From positions 480,001 to 544,000 of the forward strand of contig CBDBCR010000003.1 in the NCBI GenBank assembly GCA_965203465.1: DNA of 64,000 nucleotides. Reading direction: 5' to 3'. Shown here in pieces: positions 1-9,428 of this stretch. Position 1 is the first letter of the stretch. Each line of letters begins with the position of its first letter. A program made the position numbers and the translations under genes. The notes below the pieces were generated by a model. The model was given only the letters and a program-made list of their open reading frames with translations, did not search any database and had not been told where the DNA came from. Source of the DNA: Nitrosopumilaceae archaeon (lineage in GTDB: Archaea; Thermoproteota; Nitrososphaeria; Nitrososphaerales; Nitrosopumilaceae).

Positions 1-234
1 CCCCTCGCCGACCGAGACGACGTCCCCGGCAGCGTCGGTGCCCGAGACGTGCGGCAGCGGGACCGCCAGCGGCCTGCCCCGCATGCCCCATATGTCGTCG
101 TAGTTTAGCGCCGCGGCGCGCACGCGGAACACGACCTCGCCGGGGCCCGGCACCGGATCGGGTATCTGGCGCACCTCTAGCACGGACTCAAAGTCGTCGT
201 CGCGGCAGTACCTGTCGTAGACGAGGGCCCTCAC
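1..234 (-). CDS. Zn-binding alcohol dehydrogenase / quinone oxidoreductase (MDR family), 5' part, runs off the window
   Basis: Hand translation from GTG 234: MRALVYDRY...PGPGEVVFRVRAAALNYDDIW...PHVSGTDAAGDVVSVGEG, a GroES-like MDR N-domain. Confidence 0.85.
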   Translation of the reverse strand, partial: MRALVYDRYCRDDDFESVLEVRQIPDPVPGPGEVVFRVRAAALNYDDIWGMRGRPLAVPLPHVSGTDAAGDVVSVGEG

Positions 235-487
235 GGCCCTGCGCGGCCGGGCGTCTCTAATATACGTGGCCTGCGCGCGGCCGGCTTGCCCATCCCGGGC
301 GAGCTGGAGGCCCCCGCCCAAGCGTTTGCAACATGTCGCTTCTGGGCGAAGACGCTGCTGACGGGCGGGCGAAAAAGTTGCGAGGCGGGGCGGACAGTGC
401 GCTGCGGCCGGTACGACACGGCCGCGCTGGCGGTGGATGGTTTAATATGGTCGGGTTTTGGCACCGGGTAGGAATGGAAGCATAGAC

Positions 488-1294
488 ATGGATGGCGAAT
501 ACATGCAGATCATGCTAGACGCGATACATGTCTGCGCTACATACAAGCCAAAATTTGGCAAAGGGAAGGACGGCATTACACTCGAACAATTTCAAGATTT
601 GTATAGTCGAGATGTGTTTTACAATTGGATGGGCTTGGACACACAATACATGTATGCTATGCACAAAGCATCCTGCAGCATGACAAGCATATACAGACAG
701 ATCGGCATGGGTAGCGAAAGGCTATTCCGCAAGATTCTAAAAGATGAGCTCGGATTGTCAGAAGACGTAAAATGGTCGTATCAAATGACAGATATGGGTA
801 ATAGAGATAGGACGTTGTTTTTAGATGCGCGCGTGCAGTTTGGGAAGATCAGAGACGCCGAGAAACGCGATCGGTTTTACAACTGGATGCGCGATTCTGC
901 GGACATGATCGGTATCGACCAGAAAGTGTTTGGTAGTTTGGCCGGTGCGGTTTTTGAGGTACGGCAAGGGTACAAGAGCAAGGATTCCAAACGACAAAAC
1001 TCCGATATCGCCAACGCCGCGATGGCGTATACTAAAGGATACCTTCCGTGTGCGATGATCATGTCCACCCAGATAGACCAAGACGTACTTGCACGGTATC
1101 GTGATGAACGGTGGACGGTCATAACCGGAACCGTGGGCGAAAACAGCCCGTTGTCTTCCACTTATGATTTCATGAAGGATGTCATAGGCTACGATTTGGC
1201 TGCCTTTTTTGAACGCAGCAGTCCCATGTTGCGCAGAGAACTGCAACGCGTTCTGGAGGCCCTTCGAAGCTGGTGGTCTTTGTGGCAGCCGTAG
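488..1294 (+). CDS. Putative Type II restriction endonuclease (PD-(D/E)xK-like)
   Basis: Low-GC ORF with LFLDARV...VFEVRQGYKSKDSKRQ, overlapping a DNA methyltransferase gene. Start could be 458, 472 region or 488. Confidence 0.7.
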   Translation: MDGEYMQIMLDAIHVCATYKPKFGKGKDGITLEQFQDLYSRDVFYNWMGLDTQYMYAMHKASCSMTSIYRQIGMGSERLFRKILKDELGLSEDVKWSYQMTDMGNRDRTLFLDARVQFGKIRDAEKRDRFYNWMRDSADMIGIDQKVFGSLAGAVFEVRQGYKSKDSKRQNSDIANAAMAYTKGYLPCAMIMSTQIDQDVLARYRDERWTVITGTVGENSPLSSTYDFMKDVIGYDLAAFFERSSPMLRRELQRVLEALRSWWSLWQP

Positions 1295-2544
1295 AAAAAA
1301 GCCTTCGCCAGAGAGCAGACTATACGCACAAGTTCAATTCAAAGACGGGGCGGCACGGGTGGCTGCGCCTGACGCCGGCCTACTCTGTAAAGATAGTCGA
1401 CGGTCTGCTGAGCGGTCTGAAAAGGCCCGCGCGCATACTCGATCCGTTCTGCGGAACCGCGACGACGGCGCTGTGCGCGTCGTACAGAGGGCACGACAGC
1501 ACAACGATCGACATCAACCCTTTTCTTGTCTGGCTCGGCCGGGCAAAGATAGCCAAGTATTCGGACGCCGAGATAACATCGACGCGCGACGCGTGCTGCA
1601 GGATAACACGCTCGGTAAAGCGGGGCAAGGCCGAGCAGGCAGAGGCCCCCCCAATCCACAACGTCGAGAGGTGGTGGAGCCAAGAGGCGCTGGGTTTTTT
1701 GCGCTCGTTGAAGTTCTGCATAAAAGCCGAGAGCGACTCTGATTCGGCCGAGCGCAGCCTGCTTCTAGTCGCTTTTTGCAGGACACTGATCGGGCTTTCG
1801 AACGCGGCGTTCAACCACCAGTCCATGTCTTTCAACGGATGCGCGCAACCGCACGCGCGAACCCGCGCCGGCATGGCCAAGATGTTCGGCGACGATCTGC
1901 GCTTCGTCCTAGAGGGAGCCGGGAAAAACCCCGCAAGGAACGGCAGGATAGCGTACGGCGACGCGAGGCGGCTGCGGGATTCAGTCGACGGCCGGTTCGA
2001 TTTCGTGGTCACTTCCCCGCCGTACGCAAACCGGATGTCCTACATACGCGAGCTTCGACCGTACATGTATTGGTTGGATTTTTTAGACAACGGGCGCGAC
2101 GCCGGGGACCTCGACTGGTCGTCGATCGGGGGCACGTGGGGCGTGGCCACCAGCAGGCTGAGCGGCTGGAAGCGCTCCGAGCGCTCGTTCAGGCACCCCC
2201 TCCTAGACTCCGCGCTGGGCGGGATTGCGCATTCCGGCAACAAGAGCGGAGCGATACTTGCCAACTACGTGGCCAAGTATTTCGACGACATGTGGGCGCA
2301 TTTCAACTCGCTCTCCAGAGTGCTTAACCGCGACGCGGAGATTCACTACATCGTGGGAAACTCCGCGTTCTTCGGGGTGCTCTTGCCGGTCGAAAAGGTA
2401 TACGCGGCGATGCTCGAACGGCTGGGGTTCGCAGGCGTCCGCTGTAGTGCCATACGCAAACGCAACTCGAAAAAAGATCTGGTGGAGTTTGACGTTTCGG
2501 CTAGGCGCGGAAGGCGAGTCCTGGACTCACGCGCCGCGGTTTAG
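1273..2544 (+). CDS. DNA amino-methyltransferase (likely N4-cytosine)
   Basis: Motif I ILDPFCGTAT precedes motif IV VTSPPY, with a long intervening region (alpha-type order). Confidence 0.9.
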   Translation: MVFVAAVEKSLRQRADYTHKFNSKTGRHGWLRLTPAYSVKIVDGLLSGLKRPARILDPFCGTATTALCASYRGHDSTTIDINPFLVWLGRAKIAKYSDAEITSTRDACCRITRSVKRGKAEQAEAPPIHNVERWWSQEALGFLRSLKFCIKAESDSDSAERSLLLVAFCRTLIGLSNAAFNHQSMSFNGCAQPHARTRAGMAKMFGDDLRFVLEGAGKNPARNGRIAYGDARRLRDSVDGRFDFVVTSPPYANRMSYIRELRPYMYWLDFLDNGRDAGDLDWSSIGGTWGVATSRLSGWKRSERSFRHPLLDSALGGIAHSGNKSGAILANYVAKYFDDMWAHFNSLSRVLNRDAEIHYIVGNSAFFGVLLPVEKVYAAMLERLGFAGVRCSAIRKRNSKKDLVEFDVSARRGRRVLDSRAAV

Positions 2545-2603
2545 AAAAGCGGCCGGATCCTTGTAGCCCCGTAGTCCGCGTTGTAGAGACCGATCCAGAT
2601 CCG

Positions 2604-2993
2604 TCATTTCTTCCGCCTTTCGAAGAGGAGTTTGTCGTACTCTGTATCGTACGGTTCGCTAGATACGTGGGAGATGTGTGGTTCCAGATAGCATTCAAAC
2701 AAATCTTCCACTTGTATGATTTTTTGCACTAGCTCGCGTACGGCGTTTCCCGTGCTTTCGTTGTTGTGCCGCACCGCCAAGATCCAGCCGTCGCGCTCTT
2801 CGATGTAACGTAAGGACTGGACGTACGGCAGGGGCGAGATCGTCTCCACTATTTTTTGTTCGATGGCAGCCTTTGTGTTTTCGCCCGGGCGAGATCTTTT
2901 TTCACGAGCCGCCTCCCGCTCGAACGCGGGGCTGCCCGCGAACTGCTCAAACGTCTGCGCGTCATCGGCGGCCGCCTTGCTCACCGATCCCAT
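2604..2993 (-). CDS. Hypothetical protein (~130 aa)
   Basis: Low-GC ORF with normal protein composition; no family recognised. Confidence 0.55.
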   Translation of the reverse strand: MGSVSKAAADDAQTFEQFAGSPAFEREAAREKRSRPGENTKAAIEQKIVETISPLPYVQSLRYIEERDGWILAVRHNNESTGNAVRELVQKIIQVEDLFECYLEPHISHVSSEPYDTEYDKLLFERRKK

Positions 2994-3028
2994 GCCGCAT
3001 GTGGGCCTAATAAGCATTCTTGTCGTCT

Positions 3029-3245
3029 GGGGGTTGTCGCATAATTCCCCAGAACGACGGATTCCGTCGCATCTGAGGCCTGACGTCTGAAGGGGCCGCT
3101 TAGATCAGTTTTTTCCGACCAACGATCAATTTTTCCGACCGCCATGATTGTTGATCACGGCCAGCGCCATCCTGTCGTTAAAGCGGCAACGGCAAGACGG
3201 ATGCTGAACCGTGTGCCAAAACCGGCCGCCAGCCGGATCCGGACG
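3029..3245 (+). mobile_element. Internally deleted (MITE-like) derivative of the IS5-family element at 50127
   Basis: 3029-3203 aligns by eye to 50127-50300 (GGGGGTTGTCGCATAATTCCCC...GACGGATTCCGTCGCATCTG...CGGCAACGGC); the tail resembles 51211-51300. Confidence 0.8.
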
Positions 3246-3370
3246 CGTCAGCCTCTGCCACCGAACCCTAGAAAATGACTGAAACCGTCGCTTTGGACGA
3301 TTCGTGTGAGGATTATGTAACGCCGAAGCCGCCAGAAAACAATTATAATCGCCGCGCCCGGCTCTCCCGC

Positions 3371-3907
3371 GTGGAGCAGGCGATCCCGGGGCAAAAGATA
3401 GCGTCCATAGAAGAGTACGAGGCCGGCGACAACACGTTCGACGACGGGGATTCGGTGCGCTCGGCCGTGGCCGGCGAGGTGCTGATGGACAGGGGCAACA
3501 GGACCGCTGCCGTCTCCTGGACCAAGAGGCCGCTGATCGCGCGCGCCGGCGACACGGTGGTCGGCACCGTGGCGGCCACCATGGCCTTCATGATAGCGGT
3601 CCGCATAGACTACGTAAACGGCGTGCGCACCAGCGCCGGCGTGGAGTGCATCTGCTCTACGAGGAACATGCGCAAGAGGATCCTGGCCCTGACCGGCGAC
3701 GTGGTCTCGCTCAAGATACTGAGCCTCAGGAACGGGGCCCTGCACGCGACCGTCTCGGAGCCGGAGCTGGGAGTTTTGTTCACAAAGTGCCGCAAGTGCG
3801 GCCAGGCCGTCATGCAGTACAGGGACGCCGTAAAGTGCAAGGAATGCGGCTGGATAGACGACCGCAAGCTCTCAAGCCAGTTCGGAAAGGCTGCGTTCAT
3901 GCGATGA
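3371..3907 (+). CDS. csl4: Exosome complex RNA-binding protein Csl4
   Basis: PGQKIASIEEY, S1 domain, GDVV..KI, ELGVLFTKCRKCG..KCKECGWIDDRKLS. GTG start 23 nt after TTATAA (3343-3348). Confidence 0.92.
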   Translation: MEQAIPGQKIASIEEYEAGDNTFDDGDSVRSAVAGEVLMDRGNRTAAVSWTKRPLIARAGDTVVGTVAATMAFMIAVRIDYVNGVRTSAGVECICSTRNMRKRILALTGDVVSLKILSLRNGALHATVSEPELGVLFTKCRKCGQAVMQYRDAVKCKECGWIDDRKLSSQFGKAAFMR

Positions 3908-4731
3908 TAGTGGCATTCCAGGGAACAAGGGGCGCGTACAGCGAGGGGGCCGCCAGGGAGTTTTTCGGCGACGGGGCGAGCACGCTGCCGTCGGCCTCGT
4001 TCGCCGACGCCGCGGGGGCCGTGGAATCGGGCAGGGCCGAGCGCGCCGTGCTCCCCGTCGAAAACTCCATAGAGGGCAGCGTCGGCGAGGTGCACGACCT
4101 GCTCGCCGTGTCCGGGCTCTCGGCGGTCGGCGAGATATACCACCACATAGAGCACTGCCTCATCGGCAGCGGCGGCCTCGACGGCGTCAAGACGGTCTAT
4201 TCGCACCCGCAGGCGCTCGGGCAGTGCAGGAAGTTCATCGAATCAAGGGGCCTCAAGACCATACCCACCTACGACACGGCCGGCAGCGTGCAGATAGTGC
4301 GCGAGCTCGGCATGGGCGAGGCGGCGTGCATCGCGAGCAGGCAGGCCGCAAGGACGCACGGCCTGCCCGTGATATCGGAGGGCATAGCCGACAGGCAGGA
4401 CAACCGCACCAGGTTTCTGGTGCTGGCCGACGGGGCCGCGCGCCCGCCGGACGCCGACAAGACGTCGGTCATATTCTCCCTGAGGCACGAGCGCGGGGCG
4501 CTGTTCAGGGCCGTCTCGTGCTTTAACAGTTCTGGTATAAACCTGACCCGCATAGAATCGCGGCCCACCAGGTCGGCCGCCTGGGAGTACAACTTTTACG
4601 TCGACTTTGAGGGCAGCGAGGGGCAGGACAACGTGGACGAGGCCCTCGGGGGCGTCAGAAAAGAGGCGGTCTTTTTCAAGAGCCTCGGATCGTACAGGTC
4701 GGCTAAAACCCGCGGGGCTTGCGGACGCTAA
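3904..4731 (+). CDS. pheA: Prephenate dehydratase
   Basis: AFQGTRGAYSE, PVENSIEGSV, SHPQALGQC, NRTRF, INLTRIESRP (ACT domain). Confidence 0.95.
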   Translation: MIVAFQGTRGAYSEGAAREFFGDGASTLPSASFADAAGAVESGRAERAVLPVENSIEGSVGEVHDLLAVSGLSAVGEIYHHIEHCLIGSGGLDGVKTVYSHPQALGQCRKFIESRGLKTIPTYDTAGSVQIVRELGMGEAACIASRQAARTHGLPVISEGIADRQDNRTRFLVLADGAARPPDADKTSVIFSLRHERGALFRAVSCFNSSGINLTRIESRPTRSAAWEYNFYVDFEGSEGQDNVDEALGGVRKEAVFFKSLGSYRSAKTRGACGR

Positions 4732-5167
4732 AGCCCATGCTGAACCCGATTATTATCACGCCGGCGGTGATCACCACAAAGTGGTACGCAAAGAGCACCG
4801 GGTCGGTGACCACCGAAAAGTCGTACTCTACGCTCACCTCGCCCTCGCCCGTGTTCCTCACGTTGAGCAGGGCCGTGCCGTCCGATACGTGCAGCCACGT
4901 GACGGCGTGCGAGCCCTCGTAGGTTTCGCGCGGCACGCTCATGCCGGCCGGGTTGTCCAGCTCCAGGTCGAACTTCGCCCCCGAGACGAGCACGGACTGC
5001 TCGGTGCCGGCAGGCGCGGTCAGCGAAAAGGCGGCGGAGCGGCCCTCGGACAGCAGGTCGGTCCCCGAGACCTCCTGCAGGCCGAACGAGCCTGCGAGCG
5101 CCGCGATGCCGATGCCGGCTATGGCGGAGCCGACGGCGAGCCCGATGACTGTCCGCTTCGTGAACAC
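4703..5167 (-). CDS. Membrane-anchored hypothetical protein
   Basis: N- and C-terminal TM helices; TTTAAT box 25 nt upstream. Confidence 0.75.
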   Translation of the reverse strand: MFTKRTVIGLAVGSAIAGIGIAALAGSFGLQEVSGTDLLSEGRSAAFSLTAPAGTEQSVLVSGAKFDLELDNPAGMSVPRETYEGSHAVTWLHVSDGTALLNVRNTGEGEVSVEYDFSVVTDPVLFAYHFVVITAGVIIIGFSMGFSVRKPRGF

Positions 5168-5201
5168 TGCGCCGGCCGGGGGGCCGCCGGTATTAAATGG
5201 A

Positions 5202-6623
5202 TCACAGCACCGACACGTCGTGGGCCCCGCTCTCGGCGAACCCGGCGCCTGACATCTTGACGAACTCGGCGTTTTTCTGCATCTGCGGTATCGTGCGCGC
5301 CCCGCAGTAGCTGAGGCCCGAGCGTATCCCGCCGCCGAGCTGAGCCAGTATCTCGACCACCGAGCCCTTGTAGGGCACCATGGCCTCGACGCCCTCTGCC
5401 ACGTAGTCGTTTAGATCCTCGTCGTCGCGCCCCTCCTTGGAGCGGCGCCCCAGCGAGGCCGCCAGCGAGGCCATGCCCCTGTACACCTTGTAGCGCTTGC
5501 CGTTCTTCGTGAGCACCGTGCCGGGCGACTCGTCGGTTCCGCCCAGCATGCTGCCCACCATGACCGACGAGGCGCCGGCCGCCAAGGCCTTCGTCGCGTC
5601 GCCCGAGGTGCGCGTGCCCCCGTCCGATATGACCGGCACCCCGTGGTCGGCCGCCACCTTGGCGCATTCCAGTACCGCGCTCAGCTGCGGCACCCCCGAG
5701 CCGGTGATGACGCGCGTTATGCATATCGAGCCGGAGCCCACGCCCACCTTGACCGCGTCCACTCCCGCCCGTATCAGGTCCTGCGCGCCGTCGCCGGTGG
5801 CGACGTTACCGGCGACCAGCTCGCAGTCCGGAAAAGCCTTTTTGATGTTCTTTACGGTGCGCAGCGCGTTGGAGCTGTGCCCGTGTGCTATGTCGACTAC
5901 GAGCGCGTCGGCGCCCGCCTCCAGCAGCGCCTCGGCCCTCTCCATGAAATCCCCCTTTACGCCGACGGCGGCCCCGACCAGCGGCCTGCCCTTGCCGTCC
6001 TTTACGGCGCTCGGAAAGTCCTCGATGCCCCGTATGTCCTTGCTGGTGATCAGGCCGCGCACCGCGCCCGAGCCGTCGACGAGGGGCAGCTTTTCTATCC
6101 TGTGCTCGTGGAGCAGTTTTTTGGCGTCCTCCAGCCCTATGTCGGGCGGGGCCGTGACCATGTCCTTTGTCATCACGTCTCGCAGCGGCCTCGAGGCGTC
6201 GGCCTCGAAGAGCAGGTCGCGCGCGGTCAGTATCCCCACCAGTTTTCCCCCGTCGGTGACCAGCAGGCCCGAGGCGCCGGTCTCCTGCGAGCGATCGGCT
6301 GCCTCCCCGACGGTCTGGCCGGCGCCGACCGTATACGGGTTCTCTATCATCACGCCCCCCGACCTCTTTACCCTGAGCACCTCGGAGACCTGCTCCGGTA
6401 TCGTCAGGAACCGGTGTATGACCCCCATGCCGCCGTGCTTGGCCATGGCCACGGCCATGGCCGACTCGGTGACCGTGTCCATGTTGGCGCTGACCAGCGG
6501 TATGTTGAGAGATATGTTGCGCGAGAGCCGGGTGGAAAGGTCGGCGTCGGCCCTGCTGGTGATCTCCGAATATTTCGGCACCAGCAGCACGTCGTCGAAC
6601 GTCAGCCCCCTCTTGAATTTCAA
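5202..6623 (-). CDS. guaB: IMP dehydrogenase
   Basis: GLTFDDVLLVP, CBS pair, KVGVGSGSICITR, YRGMAS, AEGVE. Confidence 0.97.
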   Translation of the reverse strand: MKFKRGLTFDDVLLVPKYSEITSRADADLSTRLSRNISLNIPLVSANMDTVTESAMAVAMAKHGGMGVIHRFLTIPEQVSEVLRVKRSGGVMIENPYTVGAGQTVGEAADRSQETGASGLLVTDGGKLVGILTARDLLFEADASRPLRDVMTKDMVTAPPDIGLEDAKKLLHEHRIEKLPLVDGSGAVRGLITSKDIRGIEDFPSAVKDGKGRPLVGAAVGVKGDFMERAEALLEAGADALVVDIAHGHSSNALRTVKNIKKAFPDCELVAGNVATGDGAQDLIRAGVDAVKVGVGSGSICITRVITGSGVPQLSAVLECAKVAADHGVPVISDGGTRTSGDATKALAAGASSVMVGSMLGGTDESPGTVLTKNGKRYKVYRGMASLAASLGRRSKEGRDDEDLNDYVAEGVEAMVPYKGSVVEILAQLGGGIRSGLSYCGARTIPQMQKNAEFVKMSGAGFAESGAHDVSVL

Positions 6624-6710
6624 AATCCCCCCGACGCGGGCCGGCCGTTTCGTTATAAGCCTTTGTCGGCCCCGATCCGCTTATATCGCCGCCCCGGGGC
6701 GCGGGCCACG

Positions 6711-7331
6711 TTGGCGAGGCGCAAGGCCCGGGTCAAGGACAAGTGGCGCGAAAAGCGCTGGGTGAGCGTAGCTGCCCCCGCGGCGCTTGCGGGCGGCGGC
6801 TCCGAGCCGGTCGCGTCCATACCCATAACCGACGAAAAGAACGCCAGGGGCAGGGTCGTCGAGGTCACCCTCTACGACATACTCAAAGCCGACCCCTCCC
6901 AGCACCAGTACAAGGTGTACTTTCAGATAGACAGCATCGAGGGCGACACGGCCACCTCCATATTCAAGAGGTACGAGTATTCCAAAGAGTTCCTGCGCAG
7001 CCTGGTCAGGCGCGGCTCGTCCAAGATAAACTTCATAATGGACACGCAGACCTCCGACGGCAGCGTCTTCCGCGTAAAGATAATCATACTGACGTACCGC
7101 CAGCTCAACACGTCCAGAAAGCACGCGCTGCGCCTCATAGCCAGGAGGATAATCCAGGAATCGGTGCCCGCCATGACCCTCGACCAGTTCGTGCAGGCCG
7201 CCTGCTACGGCAAGATAAGCGCCGACATCATGGCCGCGGCCAAAAAGATGATAAAGATAAGGCACGCGGGGCTCGAAAAGGTCAAACTGGTGCGCACCGC
7301 CGAGGCCAGGACCGTCCTGCTCGAGGCATGA
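6711..7331 (+). CDS. rps3ae: 30S ribosomal protein S3Ae (eS1)
   Basis: RVKDKWREKRW, GRVVEVTLYD, FLRSLVRRGSSKI; TTG start after CTTATA. Confidence 0.95.
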   Translation: MARRKARVKDKWREKRWVSVAAPAALAGGGSEPVASIPITDEKNARGRVVEVTLYDILKADPSQHQYKVYFQIDSIEGDTATSIFKRYEYSKEFLRSLVRRGSSKINFIMDTQTSDGSVFRVKIIILTYRQLNTSRKHALRLIARRIIQESVPAMTLDQFVQAACYGKISADIMAAAKKMIKIRHAGLEKVKLVRTAEARTVLLEA

Positions 7332-7675
7332 TCTCGGTCAGCGCGATAACGCACGCCACCGAGGATTCCGAGCGCGTGCGCTCCAACCTGCGCCGGCTGC
7401 TCGGCGCCGAAAAACTCGGGGTGGAGGCCTCCGAGGGCCACCACGGAAACCCCATAGAGATCTCGGCGGGGCCGGCCCCGGGGGCCGCGGCCGCCATAGC
7501 CGGGGCGGTGCCCGCGGAGCTGCTGGAGCGGGCCCTCGGCTCCGGGGAGGGCAGGGCGTACCTGCGCCTCGACAAGCAGGCCATCTCGGAGGGGCGCATA
7601 TCGCTCAGCGACTCCGATCCCGTGAGGGTGACCGTCCCGGGCGGCGTGCGCGAATGGCGCAGAGCCGCCCCCTAG
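7328..7675 (+). CDS. Archaeal RNA-binding protein (DUF54/COG1325-like)
   Basis: HATEDSERV, EGHHGNPI, YLRLDKQA, DPVRV; coupled to rps3ae. Confidence 0.85.
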   Translation: MISVSAITHATEDSERVRSNLRRLLGAEKLGVEASEGHHGNPIEISAGPAPGAAAAIAGAVPAELLERALGSGEGRAYLRLDKQAISEGRISLSDSDPVRVTVPGGVREWRRAAP

Positions 7676-7787
7676 GCGCCCGCGTTCCATCTTTGTAGAA
7701 CGGGGCCGCGGCCCGGGCCCCCCGCGCCCGGGCGCCGGAAAACTCGTAATATTAAAAAAGGGCATTCTCAGGCCCCCCGCCAGAAGC

Positions 7788-9425
7788 ATGGCTTCGATAC
7801 AACAGACGCCCAACGGCCCCGTCCTAGTCCTGAAGGAGAGCGCCCTCCAGCAAAAAGGGCGCGACGCCCAGGAGAACAACATCGCGGCGGCGAAGCTGGT
7901 CGCCGAGCTGGTCCGGACCAGCCTGGGCCCGCGCGGCCTGGACAAGATGCTCGTGGACTCGCTGGGCGACGTGACCATAACCAACGACGGCGCCACCATA
8001 CTCAAAGAGCTGGACGTGCAGCACCCGGCCGCAAAGATGATGGTCGAGATTTCAAAGACCATAGACAACGAGGTGGGCGACGGCACCACGTCCTCGGTGG
8101 TCTTCGCGGGGGCCCTGCTCGACAAGGCCAGCGATCTGCTCAAAAAGGACGTCCATTCGTCCGTGATCATAGAGGGGTACCAGCAGGCCGCCGCAAAGAC
8201 GCTCGAGATCATGGAACAGATGTCCAAAAAGGTAAAGCCCGACGACAAGGAATCCCTAGAGCAGGTCTCGACGACCAGCATGCAGTCTAAACTGGTCTCG
8301 GACGACAGCGACAAGCTGACCCCGGTGGTCGTAGACGCCGTGCTGGCCGTGGCTTCCAAGGACGGCGACGCCTACAGGGTGGACTTGGACAACCTGAAGG
8401 TGGAGAAAAAGTCGGGCGGCTCCATACAGGACACCCGCATGATAAAGGGCATAGTGCTCGACAAGGAGGTCGTCCATTCGGGCATGCCGACCAAGGTCGA
8501 AAAGGCCTCGATCGCCCTGCTCAACACGGCCCTCGAGGTCGAAAAGACCGAGGTCAGCGCCGAGATACGCATAACCGATCCCACCCAGATGCAGATGTTC
8601 CTAGAAGAGGAGAACCGCATGCTGAAGGACTTGGTGGACAAGATACGCGACGCGGGCGCCAACGTCGTCATTTGCCAAAAGGGCATAGACGACATAGCCC
8701 AGCACTACCTCGCAAAGGCCGGCATTTTGGCGGTGCGCCGCGTCAAGGAGAGCGACATGACAAAGCTGGCAAAGGCGACCGGCGGGCGCGTCTCGACCAA
8801 CGTCGACGACATCGCCGCCGACGACCTGGGCTCTGCGAACTTGGTCCACCAGAAAAAGGTGGAATCGGACAAGTGGGTCTTCGTCGAGGGCTGCAAGAAC
8901 CCCCAGTCGGTCAGCGTGCTGATACGCGGCGGCTCGCAGCGCGTCGTGGACGAAGTCGACCGCTCCATACACGACGCGCTCATGGTGGTAAAGGACGTGA
9001 TAGAAGAGCCGTCCATCGTGGCCGGCGGCGGCGCCCCCGAGGCGTACGTGGCGTCTAGGCTCAAAGAGTGGGCAGACACGTTCGACGGCAGGGAGCAGCT
9101 CGCCATAAAGAGGTACGCCGAGGCGCTCGAGGTCATACCGCTGACGATAGCCGAGAACGCCGGCATGGATCCCATAGACACCATGGCCAACCTGCGCGCC
9201 AAGCAGAGCCAGGGCAAGCAGTGGACGGGGATAGACGCGCGCAACACAAAGATAGCCGACATGCTCTCGATAAACGTGGTGGAGCCGCTGGCCGTAAAGG
9301 AGCAGATCATAAAGTCGGCCACCGAGACCGCCTCGATGGTGCTGCGCATCGACGACGTCATCGCCGTCTCGGGCGCGCCCGGCGAAAAGGGCTCCTCGCC
9401 CCCCCCGCCTCCGGGCGGAATGTAG
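7788..9425 (+). CDS. ths: Thermosome (group II chaperonin) subunit
   Basis: SLGPRGLDKM, TNDGATIL, GDGTTS, LRIDDVI. Confidence 0.97.
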   Translation: MASIQQTPNGPVLVLKESALQQKGRDAQENNIAAAKLVAELVRTSLGPRGLDKMLVDSLGDVTITNDGATILKELDVQHPAAKMMVEISKTIDNEVGDGTTSSVVFAGALLDKASDLLKKDVHSSVIIEGYQQAAAKTLEIMEQMSKKVKPDDKESLEQVSTTSMQSKLVSDDSDKLTPVVVDAVLAVASKDGDAYRVDLDNLKVEKKSGGSIQDTRMIKGIVLDKEVVHSGMPTKVEKASIALLNTALEVEKTEVSAEIRITDPTQMQMFLEEENRMLKDLVDKIRDAGANVVICQKGIDDIAQHYLAKAGILAVRRVKESDMTKLAKATGGRVSTNVDDIAADDLGSANLVHQKKVESDKWVFVEGCKNPQSVSVLIRGGSQRVVDEVDRSIHDALMVVKDVIEEPSIVAGGGAPEAYVASRLKEWADTFDGREQLAIKRYAEALEVIPLTIAENAGMDPIDTMANLRAKQSQGKQWTGIDARNTKIADMLSINVVEPLAVKEQIIKSATETASMVLRIDDVIAVSGAPGEKGSSPPPPPGGM

Positions 9426-9428
9426 GCC

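Noticed and set aside
9399-9406. C8 run at the end of the thermosome gene
   Set aside because: Encodes an in-frame poly-Pro tail a few codons before the stop; little switching effect
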